Positions 8,780-18,011 of a stretch of 64,000 nucleotides of DNA are shown here, in pieces. The translations under genes and the position numbers were made by a program. Origin of the DNA: a virus; IMG/VR virus record IMGVR_UViG_3300043438_001221; one strand, 5' to 3'. A model generated the notes under the pieces. That model was given only the letters and a program-made list of their open reading frames with translations, searched no databases and had not been told where the DNA came from. The first letter of the stretch is position 1. Every line of letters starts with the position of its first letter.

Positions 8780-9782
8780 ATAATTCATCATTGATTTTCT
8801 TCACTCTTACCAATTGCTCATCATCCAGCTTGAGTTGTTCGTAGAACTCATCAAACATTCCAACAATATCAATCGAATCGACTTGTTCAACATCTCCGAT
8901 TGTCTTTGTCGCCACGTTGTATTCCGTGGCGAGACGGAAAGGAGCAAAGTTGGACAGGTAAATCTTGAACTTCTCCACCTTATCATCTTCCACATCTTTG
9001 TCAATGATCAGCTTGATGATGTTTCCTTCCACATCCTCCTTGGAATAATCCTTGATCTTGGATAAGGGTATCTTGATGAATTCTGGAGACACCGTATTTT
9101 TCACAAATTCCACAGAATCGTCTTCCAGATTCAGGATGTGATACCCCTTGTCATCTCCACAATCATTGAAATCGTGATGAAAGGTATTACCGATGTATCG
9201 GATCGTTCCTTCGTTGTATTTCTTGATACTCTTGGTGTGAAAATGACCAGACCAAACATTGGTGGTTCGGGACGCTAGGAAATCCATGACTTGGAATCCA
9301 TGATCACAGACCTTGTAATTGTTCATCTGAAATGTCTGGATTTCAAAATGACCGAAGATGTGGTCAAATTTACCATTCGGTAATTCGTGATTCCATGGAA
9401 CGAATAATAATTTCTTACCAAACGCATCCAATTCTAAATTCTGATCAATGATGGTGATGTTATCATGTCCCTTGAGAAATCCCAAACTATGGACATCAGA
9501 ACGGTTCTTGTAGAACGCATCGTGATTACCTATCAGCATCAGGAGGTTGAAGTCCTTGAACTTGGCGATCAATTCTGATGCAACGTGGATTGTCTGAACG
9601 GAGATTTCCGAACGGTTATGGAAGAAATCACCAAGGAAAAAGATATCGGAAATCTTCTTCTTTTTCAGATCAGCGACAATCCAATCCGCCCATTTCAAGG
9701 CGATTTCATGCCACTCTGTTGAATTTCCGTAAAGACCCAAGTGAAGGTCTGAGAATAAGGCCACTTTTGGTTTTTTAATCAT
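8763..9782 (-). CDS. 47: gp47/SbcD/Mre11-like nuclease
   Basis: Metallophosphoesterase motifs SDLHLG, LGDFFH, GNHD, GHFE, SGHFH. Confidence 0.92.
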   Translation of the reverse strand: MIKKPKVALFSDLHLGLYGNSTEWHEIALKWADWIVADLKKKKISDIFFLGDFFHNRSEISVQTIHVASELIAKFKDFNLLMLIGNHDAFYKNRSDVHSLGFLKGHDNITIIDQNLELDAFGKKLLFVPWNHELPNGKFDHIFGHFEIQTFQMNNYKVCDHGFQVMDFLASRTTNVWSGHFHTKSIKKYNEGTIRYIGNTFHHDFNDCGDDKGYHILNLEDDSVEFVKNTVSPEFIKIPLSKIKDYSKEDVEGNIIKLIIDKDVEDDKVEKFKIYLSNFAPFRLATEYNVATKTIGDVEQVDSIDIVGMFDEFYEQLKLDDEQLVRVKKINDELYEKCK

Positions 9783-10233
9783 CGTCGTATTCATCTCCCT
9801 CCAAATTGGGCTTAACATATACATGTCCCATGGAATCTGGTCCACTCATGCTTTCCATATATACCATCTCCTTGTAATCCTCCAGACCCTTGTGTTGTCC
9901 GTTTTCCTTCTTGATGCGGTTGCAGAAAGCGTTCCAAGCAATGCGGTTGAAATATGAGAACGGGTTGAAGTCCGATTCAATGTTATATAGCTTCTTCTCC
10001 AAAGCTGCATACATTTTCAGAACTGCGTCCCCGACCATCTCATCTTTCCAAGAGCGGGAATATCGAATGAAATTAATCTTGTATGACAATCCCTCTGCAA
10101 TGTTCATTAGATGAACCCCCAATTCGTTCAGATTCGCCCCCGTCTCATAGTATTCCACCAATTGCTGTTTGAACAGCTTGGAATTGACATAATGGGGTTT
10201 CTTGGCATTTTTTTCGTTAATCATAATTTTCAT
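9775..10233 (-). CDS. 55: late-transcription sigma factor gp55
   Basis: HYVNSK...IAEGLSYKINFIRYS..WKDEMVGDA...NPFSYFNRIAWNAFCNRIKKE is the typical gp55 pattern. Confidence 0.92.
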   Translation of the reverse strand: MKIMINEKNAKKPHYVNSKLFKQQLVEYYETGANLNELGVHLMNIAEGLSYKINFIRYSRSWKDEMVGDAVLKMYAALEKKLYNIESDFNPFSYFNRIAWNAFCNRIKKENGQHKGLEDYKEMVYMESMSGPDSMGHVYVKPNLEGDEYDDD

Positions 10234-10484
10234 GGATAATTTGTATATTCCCACCATTCTTCCTTTGGGTATTCTTTTTTAGGTGCTTCTACAATTTTTC
10301 CAGTATAAGATTTATCATAAATTATATCGACATGTTTTTGATCAAATGATACATGTCGTCCGTAAATTTTTCCACTATAAAAAGGATTTAAAGACCAAAA
10401 TCCATCATCCTCATTAATGATTTCAAATTCCGTTCCCGCCAAATAATAATCGGTATCCTTTTTTAGTCTCCCGTATTTACTCAC
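10230..10484 (-). CDS. hypothetical protein
   Basis: 84-aa ORF with 4-nt overlaps on both sides. Confidence 0.6.
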   Translation of the reverse strand: MSKYGRLKKDTDYYLAGTEFEIINEDDGFWSLNPFYSGKIYGRHVSFDQKHVDIIYDKSYTGKIVEAPKKEYPKEEWWEYTNYP

Positions 10485-11899
10485 AGCGACACCTCCTTAA
10501 ATTTATATACGATCTGTTCCTTATCATAAATCTCCTGTCTGTGTAACGCATGGGACATGGAATACTTCAAATTATCCGAAACATCAATGATGCGTAGCTT
10601 GGATTTGTTATCATGCAACCGGAGTCCCCGACCAATGGATTGTACAACCCGAATGAATGACTTCCCAAGTCCCGCAAATATGATATTGGGGAGATTCTTG
10701 ATATTGATACCAGTTGAAAAGATGGATGCCATTGCAATACAAATGATATTATCATTCTTTTCCATCATGTCAATTATTTTTTTGCGTTCTTCGACTTCCA
10801 TTTCGCCCTTAACAAAGAACACTCTCTTATCAGATCGGGAAGACATAAGAGATAATAACATATCTCCGTGATCAAGATGATTAACCATGACAAGGACATT
10901 ACCACTGATTGAATCAGCCAATTTAGCGATGATTTGATTTCTTTTTTCGTGTTTGTATAGATATTCCAGTTCATCTTTATATTTTAATTTTTTACCTTTA
11001 ATTGGGGGGTGATTGAGTTGCAGGGCGGTGATTTCCACATCAGAAATATATCCCTCATCCCTAAGTTCCTTGGATTTCTTTTCATATATGACGGAGCCAA
11101 ATGTTCCGATTGTTTTCCATTGGTCAATGGATTTATCGGAAAGCGTCCCCGTGAATCCGAATTTGTTGGGGGTGTGGATTTTGTTTATAATCTTGGATAT
11201 GCCAGCGGTATTATTAATTTTATGCGCTTCATCACATATGAGAAGATTCACGCTCAAAATCCAAGGATTATTGGTGAATTGAGCAAGAAGGTTCTCGGAA
11301 TTGCATATCACAACTTGGGTATCTTGTGGTTCGTTACCTCCAGTCCATCCTGAATACGTGAATGTCACACCATAATCCTCGAAATCACCCTGTAATTGGT
11401 TCACAAGAGACAATCCGGGAACTACTATGAGACATTTGAAAGTATCATTTGATACGTTTCTCATATAATTTTCAACGAGTAGAGCTTGAGCTAACGATTT
11501 CCCGGCAGATGTCGCCAATAGAAATGTCCCGAATCCTTTTTTTAGTCCAGCAATTACCGAATCCTTCTGATAATAACGAGCATCATATTTCAGTTCATTC
11601 CAAAATTCTCCAATTTCCACCCCACATTTCAATCTCTTTTTAAAAGCATCTGTTAGGGAAATGTCGGTGATCTGGTTATCGCGGAGATATTTCAGAATCT
11701 CCCCATGAAAACCAAAATCAAACAATCCGGTGGGGGTAATGGCATACTTACGATCCTTCACGAAACGGTTGCCTTTCTTTTTGGCGAAGAATGCCCCATC
11801 GTTCTTGACTGAAAAATGACTACGAATCATCCCAAGGGTGTCAGAATCAGTGATGATCTGTCCTTGTCGCTTGGATGATTTGTAGTCAAAAGTTATCAT
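10481..11899 (-). CDS. uvsW: UvsW SF2 DNA helicase
   Basis: RYYQ, ATSAGKS, DEAH, GFTGT, STGINIKNL, QSIGRGLR. Confidence 0.93.
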   Translation of the reverse strand: MITFDYKSSKRQGQIITDSDTLGMIRSHFSVKNDGAFFAKKKGNRFVKDRKYAITPTGLFDFGFHGEILKYLRDNQITDISLTDAFKKRLKCGVEIGEFWNELKYDARYYQKDSVIAGLKKGFGTFLLATSAGKSLAQALLVENYMRNVSNDTFKCLIVVPGLSLVNQLQGDFEDYGVTFTYSGWTGGNEPQDTQVVICNSENLLAQFTNNPWILSVNLLICDEAHKINNTAGISKIINKIHTPNKFGFTGTLSDKSIDQWKTIGTFGSVIYEKKSKELRDEGYISDVEITALQLNHPPIKGKKLKYKDELEYLYKHEKRNQIIAKLADSISGNVLVMVNHLDHGDMLLSLMSSRSDKRVFFVKGEMEVEERKKIIDMMEKNDNIICIAMASIFSTGINIKNLPNIIFAGLGKSFIRVVQSIGRGLRLHDNKSKLRIIDVSDNLKYSMSHALHRQEIYDKEQIVYKFKEVSL

Positions 11900-12111
11900 T
11901 TATTTTCCAATGTTTCCCACCGAAATTCCAACATATCGGCCAAATATCTTAATGAATCCGCCAATTTGATATGATCATTATCATCATGATTCATTCTAAT
12001 ATGTGCGACGAATTGTTGTCCCTTGGAATTTTGTGTTGTTGGATTATCAGTTTCTATCCAAATTCTATACAACCCAATATCCACTTCGTATGAATTAATA
12101 TTAAATATCAT
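11896..12111 (-). CDS. hypothetical protein
   Basis: 71-aa ORF with ATGA overlap to uvsW. Confidence 0.55.
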   Translation of the reverse strand: MIFNINSYEVDIGLYRIWIETDNPTTQNSKGQQFVAHIRMNHDDNDHIKLADSLRYLADMLEFRWETLENK

Positions 12112-12114
12112 AAT

Positions 12115-12513
12115 CTAGGATTCTTGCATTTGTTTCAATAATAAAATATTTTTTATATCTTGGGATATAAAAGTAATCACGCTTACTACCCTATCGAGGT
12201 ATTCAACCATATACTCGATTTCCTTGATCTTCTGGTTGATGTTCTCCAGCGATGGAGTCTTGTCCAGATCGTCCATCACTTGCTTGTTGAGAGCCACAGG
12301 AGACTCTTCCATCAGCTTCTTCTGTAGGGTGTGTTTGGTAGCTGCCTTGAGCTTGTAGAGCTTGTCCTTCTCGATCTTCGCATCAATCAGACGGCATACC
12401 CAGAAATGCTTCTCTGCGGGAACACGCTTAATCACGGATTCGAGTGAAAAGTCGTCAATGTGAACGAACTCTTCAAATTGTGCTTGGTATTTTTTAATTA
12501 ATTCTAAACTCAT
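12115..12513 (-). CDS. uvsY: UvsY-like recombination mediator
   Basis: 132-aa helical protein (IDDFSL..VIKRVPAEKHFW...YLDRVV...DIKNI) upstream of uvsW; the ORF-track start overlaps another gene and was shortened. Confidence 0.7.
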   Translation of the reverse strand: MSLELIKKYQAQFEEFVHIDDFSLESVIKRVPAEKHFWVCRLIDAKIEKDKLYKLKAATKHTLQKKLMEESPVALNKQVMDDLDKTPSLENINQKIKEIEYMVEYLDRVVSVITFISQDIKNILLLKQMQES

Positions 12514-12517
12514 AATT

Positions 12518-12871
12518 TTACATGAAAGCTCCCCACTTGATTTGGCTTGCGGCATCTTCCACAAATTTTTTAATAACATCTCCATGACATTTATTAGGAG
12601 CGCAATAACAGACAAGATTTGTATCCTTATCATCCAATTCCCTATCAACCAATTCTTTAATAACTTTGTTAATCGCAGCATCGTTGAAATAAGAATACTC
12701 CAAATATTTATTATATCCTTCAATCGCTTCTTCCACTGTGTCCACCTTATACAGAGCTTGGGGATGATTGGATTCCTTGTGGTGATAAGGATTGCCCATG
12801 ACGCTACCGCGCCCAATGTAGAAATCATCGGGAGTTGGTTTATGTGTCTTTTTGTCCACCACTCGTATCAT
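12518..12871 (-). CDS. DUF4326-like protein
   Basis: YIGRGSVMGNPY and LVCYCAPNKCHGDVI motifs. Confidence 0.8.
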   Translation of the reverse strand: MIRVVDKKTHKPTPDDFYIGRGSVMGNPYHHKESNHPQALYKVDTVEEAIEGYNKYLEYSYFNDAAINKVIKELVDRELDDKDTNLVCYCAPNKCHGDVIKKFVEDAASQIKWGAFM

Positions 12872-12886
12872 TTACTAAATAATAAC

Positions 12887-13132
12887 ATGAACCAACCTTT
12901 TGTCAATGATAAGTTTGAAATTGCCAACATTTATCAACAGATGTTGAACGAAGACATGACAAGCGGAGGTGCGTTTGGGGGTGATATTGCTGGTCATGCG
13001 GGAATGGAGAACACGGATTGGTTTGCTCCGGGAGATGCCAGAAATCCTTATTCATTGGGAATCACTACGAGAAATGGTGCTTTGAAAAAGAAAAAGGGTA
13101 AAAAACGTGTGAAGAAAAAAGCTAGAGTTTGA
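12887..13132 (+). CDS. small late protein: gp23 N-arm-like segment plus basic tail
   Basis: TAAATA-N5-ATG; SGGAFG...NTDWFAPGDARNP matches gp23 SGGVFG...NSDSYATGDARLP; ends KKKKGKKRVKKKARV. Confidence 0.7.
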   Translation: MNQPFVNDKFEIANIYQQMLNEDMTSGGAFGGDIAGHAGMENTDWFAPGDARNPYSLGITTRNGALKKKKGKKRVKKKARV

Positions 13133-13138
13133 AAATAA

Positions 13139-14068
13139 TCAAGATTCTTTAATTCTTTTTCTAGCAATTTCACAATATTCAGGATTTAAATCAAATCCAA
13201 TATAATTCATACCAAGTCTTTTCGCCACTATACCTGTGGTTCCCGATCCCATGAAAAAATCAAGGACAACGCCCTTTTCTGGACATCCACTTTTCAACAT
13301 TCTCTCCACCAATTCTTCGGGAAACGTTGCGGTGTGAACCGATTTATTGGGTTTGGTGTTGATTTTCCACACTGCTCTCATGGATCGTCCTCCTCTTTTC
13401 TTCATGGATTCTAAAATCCTTCGTTTGGTGTCACTTGGATTTTGAGCATTTGATGATTCATAATCTTTGGTTGCTTCTCCCGTGTAAATCTCATCGGGAT
13501 TGGAAGCGTTTGCAAATGGTTCAATTTGTTGATTGAAGAAATATTTTTTATTTTTCGTAAACATGAAGATCGTTTCAAAATCAACTGTAAATCGATCTGT
13601 GACACTTTGGGGGAGCGCATTCCCTTTATGCCAAACGATATTATTTCTCAATAACCATCCTCTGTTCTGCATCTCAATGGCAAAACGAAATGGTATCAAA
13701 GCCAATTGTTTTTGTTTTCTCCAACCTCCTAATTTTTCCTTTGGTTTTTCTGCGAACTTAAATGATTCCTTTTTGGTGTTTTCCTTTCCTTTCCACACAC
13801 CTTTACCACTTCCAAGGTAAGTGTCTCCAAGATTTACGAACACGACACCATCATCTTTCAAAACACGATAGACTTCATCATAGTAATCACATAATTGATT
13901 TACAAATTCTTCTGGTGTCTCCGCACATCCAAATTCTTTAGGGTCATCTTCTGTGTATTTTCTCGTGTTTAGGTAGGGTGGAGACGAAACACAACAATTG
14001 ATAGATTTTGACGGAAGATTCTTCAATCCTTTCAAAGAATCAACATTTTCGATATAATTTACGTTCAT
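13139..14068 (-). CDS. DNA methyltransferase, beta class (probably N4-cytosine)
   Basis: SPPY catalytic motif N-terminal, HTATFP, DFFMGSGTT SAM motif C-terminal. Confidence 0.9.
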   Translation of the reverse strand: MNVNYIENVDSLKGLKNLPSKSINCCVSSPPYLNTRKYTEDDPKEFGCAETPEEFVNQLCDYYDEVYRVLKDDGVVFVNLGDTYLGSGKGVWKGKENTKKESFKFAEKPKEKLGGWRKQKQLALIPFRFAIEMQNRGWLLRNNIVWHKGNALPQSVTDRFTVDFETIFMFTKNKKYFFNQQIEPFANASNPDEIYTGEATKDYESSNAQNPSDTKRRILESMKKRGGRSMRAVWKINTKPNKSVHTATFPEELVERMLKSGCPEKGVVLDFFMGSGTTGIVAKRLGMNYIGFDLNPEYCEIARKRIKES

Positions 14069-14125
14069 GAAATGACATTATCACGCCAAAAATGGAAATC
14101 AAGTAGATAAATTATCTGATAAAAT

Positions 14126-14281
14126 TGTACATCTATTCCCGCCCACCACCCCTAATTATATTCACCATATTCGTTTGTCAATAGTCTAATATGAATTATT
14201 TTTAAAGTTATGATTTATGTACATAAGACCATGCCCACCCTCCTCCCTATACCTTAACATGACTATTTTGATTGTCAATAG
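14126..14281 (-). repeat. two degenerate tandem units: TTGACA - N15/16 - (-10) - G-tracts - ATGTACA
   Basis: Unit 1: TTGACA(14176-81)-15-TATAAT-TAGGGGTGGTGGGCGGG..ATGTACA. Unit 2: TTGACA(14273-78)-16-TAAGGT-ATAGGGAGGAGGGTGGG..ATGTACA. Confidence 0.65.
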
Positions 14282-14460
14282 CGTAATAATTAATTATCTT
14301 ATTATTAGTTTTTGATTAGATATTAACTATGATTAAAGATAACTAAAGAAAGAAAACAAAGAAAAAAAATTAATTCTAATAAATACAATCAATCAGCTTA
14401 CTAAAGCGTACCAACGCTTATCATTAGATATTGATTCAGATTAATTATAATTAAATATAA

Positions 14461-14925
14461 ATGGAAAAAAATTCAGAAATCCCCCAAACCACATGGAAAA
14501 ATTTCCCAACCGATACGGAAGGTGTTATGGGATTTGTTTATCTCATTCGCAACAATCATCCAGATGCCACTCGGAAATACTACATTGGTAAGAAACAGCT
14601 TCTCAAGCGTGTGAAGCGCAAACCATTGAAAGGTAAGACACGCAATCGCATTTCATTTGTGGACAACGATGTGGAGAAGTATTGGGGATCGTCCAAGGAA
14701 TTGCTATCAGATATTGAGAAATACGGGATTGAGCATTTTTCAAGGGAAGTGATAGAGGTATGCCACTCAAAATTTCATATGACATACAGTGAGCTTCTTT
14801 GGCAGATCAAATGTAATGCTTTATTGGATCAAAGATTCTACAATGGCATTCTAAATTGTCGCATTGGGGTAATTCCGAAAGGATTTGTTGACATTGAGCG
14901 TGATCCTGATACACTTGGGTTATGA
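14461..14925 (+). CDS. GIY-YIG family endonuclease (Seg-like)
   Basis: GFVYLI...YYIGKKQ, YWGSS, FSREVI, FYNG. Confidence 0.8.
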   Translation: MEKNSEIPQTTWKNFPTDTEGVMGFVYLIRNNHPDATRKYYIGKKQLLKRVKRKPLKGKTRNRISFVDNDVEKYWGSSKELLSDIEKYGIEHFSREVIEVCHSKFHMTYSELLWQIKCNALLDQRFYNGILNCRIGVIPKGFVDIERDPDTLGL

Positions 14926-15146
14926 CTAATGAAATCAGACCATTAATACTTGATCCTGAAAATTATCCAGAAGATCGAATCTCAAATAAGAACAAATTGG
15001 ATGACATAAAATATTCATATCTTGATATGCTTGATGCGTGGATAGCTGGAAAGAAAAATGAACAACAATATAAATCTGGAGATGATAATGCTCCTGATTT
15101 TATCACATGTTTGAAGCAACACGTAAATGACAAGAATTCAATTTGA
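14922..15146 (+). CDS. hypothetical protein
   Basis: 74-aa ORF with ATGA overlap. Confidence 0.55.
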   Translation: MTNEIRPLILDPENYPEDRISNKNKLDDIKYSYLDMLDAWIAGKKNEQQYKSGDDNAPDFITCLKQHVNDKNSI

Positions 15147-15627
15147 AAATAGAAAGATCATCGACATTGATGAGATATTTCGGGATACGAATGGAAATTT
15201 CGCAATCCTTTTGGAATCCCTTGGATTGACCACCACCTTTGATTTCTCCAAGCGCAATAACAAAAAGTTATACACACATGAGTTCATCAAGACCACGACA
15301 CAATTCCTGAAATACAACACCCACACGGATTTCATTTTCTTTTCCAATGCGCTCACCAAGGATAAGTTCCGCAACCAGCTTTTGGCTAAAATCCGGCGAA
15401 TCTTCAAGATAAGGATATGGGATGCCAATTATGATTTGGAACATTTGGAATACCTGATTGATATTCGGGATTGCTCCACAATCTCTGGATTGGAAATGGC
15501 ATTCCTCAATCACAAACCCCCATCATTCCGCAAGATTTACAAATATCTGGAAAAGGAAGGACTAACATTCCTAAATGAGAAATACTTTCAGGATGTGGTG
15601 AATAAGATGATCATATTTACTAAATAA
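15127..15627 (+). CDS. hypothetical protein
   Basis: 166-aa ORF in gene-dense orientation. Confidence 0.65.
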   Translation: MTRIQFENRKIIDIDEIFRDTNGNFAILLESLGLTTTFDFSKRNNKKLYTHEFIKTTTQFLKYNTHTDFIFFSNALTKDKFRNQLLAKIRRIFKIRIWDANYDLEHLEYLIDIRDCSTISGLEMAFLNHKPPSFRKIYKYLEKEGLTFLNEKYFQDVVNKMIIFTK

Positions 15628-15631
15628 TGTC

Positions 15632-16069
15632 ATGAGCAAATTTCTTGAGATTCTTGAACAACACGATCCTTCCAACCAATCCAAGATGGATGCAGCATTT
15701 CAGGCGAAATTCTTCCTATATGAACAGGAAGTCCCATTCAGTTCAAAGGGTTCCCAAATTATCCTTCATGCTGAACGGGGTGATATCATTTTAGAAGCTG
15801 TGGGTATGCAAGCCCGACAAGTGGCGGATGCTGAAGAGGACGAGTCTTCTTATGACATTGATTCCGAAGTTGAAAAGCTTGGTGCCAAAGCGATGAAAGG
15901 GATACCGGGGTGGTTGGGTAAGCACACCACTAGCGCACAAAAAGCGAAAGCAGCAGCACGAAAACGTGAAAAGGTTGCTGGAAAAGCAGTGGACGCTTAT
16001 ATGAAAAATACTAAAAGTTTGGAAGATTCCATTAAAAATGCTGAAACTAGAACATATAATGTCCATTAA
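15632..16069 (+). CDS. putative internal head protein
   Basis: TAAATA-N5-ATG; leader MSKFLEILE resembles a T4 capsid-targeting sequence. Confidence 0.6.
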   Translation: MSKFLEILEQHDPSNQSKMDAAFQAKFFLYEQEVPFSSKGSQIILHAERGDIILEAVGMQARQVADAEEDESSYDIDSEVEKLGAKAMKGIPGWLGKHTTSAQKAKAAARKREKVAGKAVDAYMKNTKSLEDSIKNAETRTYNVH

Positions 16070-16070
16070 C

Positions 16071-16466
16071 ATGAAATCAAAAACTTTACAACTTATTGAA
16101 AGATACCAACGTCTTTTTGAACAGGATAACCAAAATCCTGAAGCTGGTATGGAACAACCACAAGGTGGTGAACAAGCCCCGGAAATGGCTCCAGAAGAGC
16201 CAGCAGAGACGATTCCTCTGAGTTCTCCCGCCGAAATCCGTTATATGGAGGATGTGGTTCTGGCGGCTCTCATGGAACCTCCCAGCGGCACTGATCGAAT
16301 TGCTTTGGAAAACATTTTGGATTTGCTACGCAGACCCGATAATATCAAGAAAATCCAAGCATCAGGACAAACCGCCAAGGATTTATATCAATCAAAAGTC
16401 CTCCCAATTATCCGTCCCGCACAACAAGGACAGGACATTCGGGATATTTCTGACCAAATGAGCTAA
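16071..16466 (+). CDS. putative internal head protein, acidic and Pro-rich
   Basis: MKSKTLQLIERYQRLFE leader then an E/P/Q-rich linker. Confidence 0.6.
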   Translation: MKSKTLQLIERYQRLFEQDNQNPEAGMEQPQGGEQAPEMAPEEPAETIPLSSPAEIRYMEDVVLAALMEPPSGTDRIALENILDLLRRPDNIKKIQASGQTAKDLYQSKVLPIIRPAQQGQDIRDISDQMS

Positions 16467-16474
16467 ATACTATT

Positions 16475-16933
16475 ATGAAATTCAAAGGAGAAGAAAATGC
16501 CGTGCTTTGGGAGTCCTATACTGGAAGAAGATTCCGACAGGAGGATGCAGAAGAAGACTTCATGGGTGATGATCTTGGAGATGACTTTTCCGATGATGAG
16601 ATGGACGATTTTGACGACGACATGGATTTTGGCGATGATATGAGCGATGATCTTGGGGGCGGTCAAGCGCAGGGAATGGTCATGGAAATTGATCCCATTG
16701 CTCCCGTGGAAGCCCATGAGGTGAATGAGGTTCTGGTATCGGAACTCAAGAAGCTCTCGGAATATGGCAAGCGTCTCTATGATATGAAGGATTCCGCTGA
16801 ATTTGAGGATTGGATGGTTTCCGCCATCACCATTGCCTCCACATATGTTTCCGATGTTTGGCACCGTCTGGATGCCAAGGCTGATTTTGCCAACACTGGC
16901 TTTGAGCAAGCTGACGATTTCGAACAATTTTAA
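16475..16933 (+). CDS. highly acidic putative internal head protein
   Basis: TAAATA-N5-ATG; LWESY leader, long D-rich tract, C-terminal helical domain (EDWMVSAITIASTYV). Confidence 0.65.
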   Translation: MKFKGEENAVLWESYTGRRFRQEDAEEDFMGDDLGDDFSDDEMDDFDDDMDFGDDMSDDLGGGQAQGMVMEIDPIAPVEAHEVNEVLVSELKKLSEYGKRLYDMKDSAEFEDWMVSAITIASTYVSDVWHRLDAKADFANTGFEQADDFEQF

Positions 16934-16942
16934 TATAAATGA

Positions 16943-17401
16943 ATGAGAAGTTTCAAGCAATTCTTTGTGGAAAAAAACATCCTCGGTTTGGAAGAGGACA
17001 TCGTAGTTGATGGTGTTGGAACCATATCCGCCAAATTGGATACGGGTAATGGTGCTTACAATGTTTTACACGGGGAAGACCTTGAGTTCGGTAAAGACAG
17101 ACAAAGCAACCAACCCATAGTAAGATTTACAACCATGAATTCCATACGCCTAGAGAAACCAGTCAAAGATACCATCACCATCAATTTGGGGGCTGGTAAT
17201 ACGGAGGAACGTCCAATCTGTTTGTTTGATTGTGTGATCGGTGGTAAGAAATTTCCCAACACCCCATTTTCAATTGGTAATAGAGCGGACAACGATCATA
17301 AGGTTTTAATTGGCAAGGGATTCATAAAAAATGAGCTTGATGCTCTTATAGATGTCGCATTGAGAAATGTGGCAGATCAAAATTTAACAGCAGATGTCTA
17401 A
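16943..17401 (+). CDS. retropepsin-like aspartic protease (RimK-associated family)
   Basis: AKLDTGN catalytic motif, EERP, VLIG; leader MRSFKQFFVE. Confidence 0.8.
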   Translation: MRSFKQFFVEKNILGLEEDIVVDGVGTISAKLDTGNGAYNVLHGEDLEFGKDRQSNQPIVRFTTMNSIRLEKPVKDTITINLGAGNTEERPICLFDCVIGGKKFPNTPFSIGNRADNDHKVLIGKGFIKNELDALIDVALRNVADQNLTADV

Positions 17402-17972
17402 AATCACACAGAAAGATTTGCTTCAGGAAGGTTTTTGGGATAATTTTTCAAAAACTAGCGTGGGTAGAAATGTTAATAAAGCGATTGAGGCTGGTAAACA
17501 AATTTCCAGTATTGTCGCCCCCGAAATACACGATCCGATTAAAAAAGGTGTTGATAAATTTAGAGATGTCAGAGCTTCTATCGCGGAAGCTGGTAAAACA
17601 ATTGAGGAAAAAATAGAAAGATGGGTTAAGGAACAAGGAAATTTCGCAATTTCTGAACCTAAGAAAATTGCTACGTATCCTGATGGTAAAATTCATTATT
17701 CGGTTAGGATAGCCGAAAAAGGTGTTAGCGTATTGGATAATTCAGAAGTAGCTGGTCGAATTTATCGAAATCCAAGTGCTGTCGTAGGATACAATCCCCG
17801 CGATAAGCAATTTAGCTGGGTCAACAAACCGAGAACCGATAGTTACGTCAAATATAAAGGAACTGATGGACATATGTATTATAAATATCACGATCCAAAT
17901 GCTGACGGAGTAGATGAGCGAGTTGATCCTGTGCAACAAGCACCCACCGCTCCAGCATCATCAAAACCATAA
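17394..17972 (+). CDS. hypothetical protein, possible internal head protein
   Basis: Leader ending LLQE-GFWD; 192 aa. Confidence 0.6.
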   Translation: MSKITQKDLLQEGFWDNFSKTSVGRNVNKAIEAGKQISSIVAPEIHDPIKKGVDKFRDVRASIAEAGKTIEEKIERWVKEQGNFAISEPKKIATYPDGKIHYSVRIAEKGVSVLDNSEVAGRIYRNPSAVVGYNPRDKQFSWVNKPRTDSYVKYKGTDGHMYYKYHDPNADGVDERVDPVQQAPTAPASSKP

Positions 17973-18011
17973 TAACTCTTGACATTTTCAAACGTTCTTA
18001 TAAATCCTCTC

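Noticed and set aside
12514-12886. Long N-terminal extensions of ORFs 12115..12828 and 12542..13132
   Set aside because: They overlap the DUF4326 gene; better starts are 12513 and 12887 (the latter supported by the late-promoter spacing)
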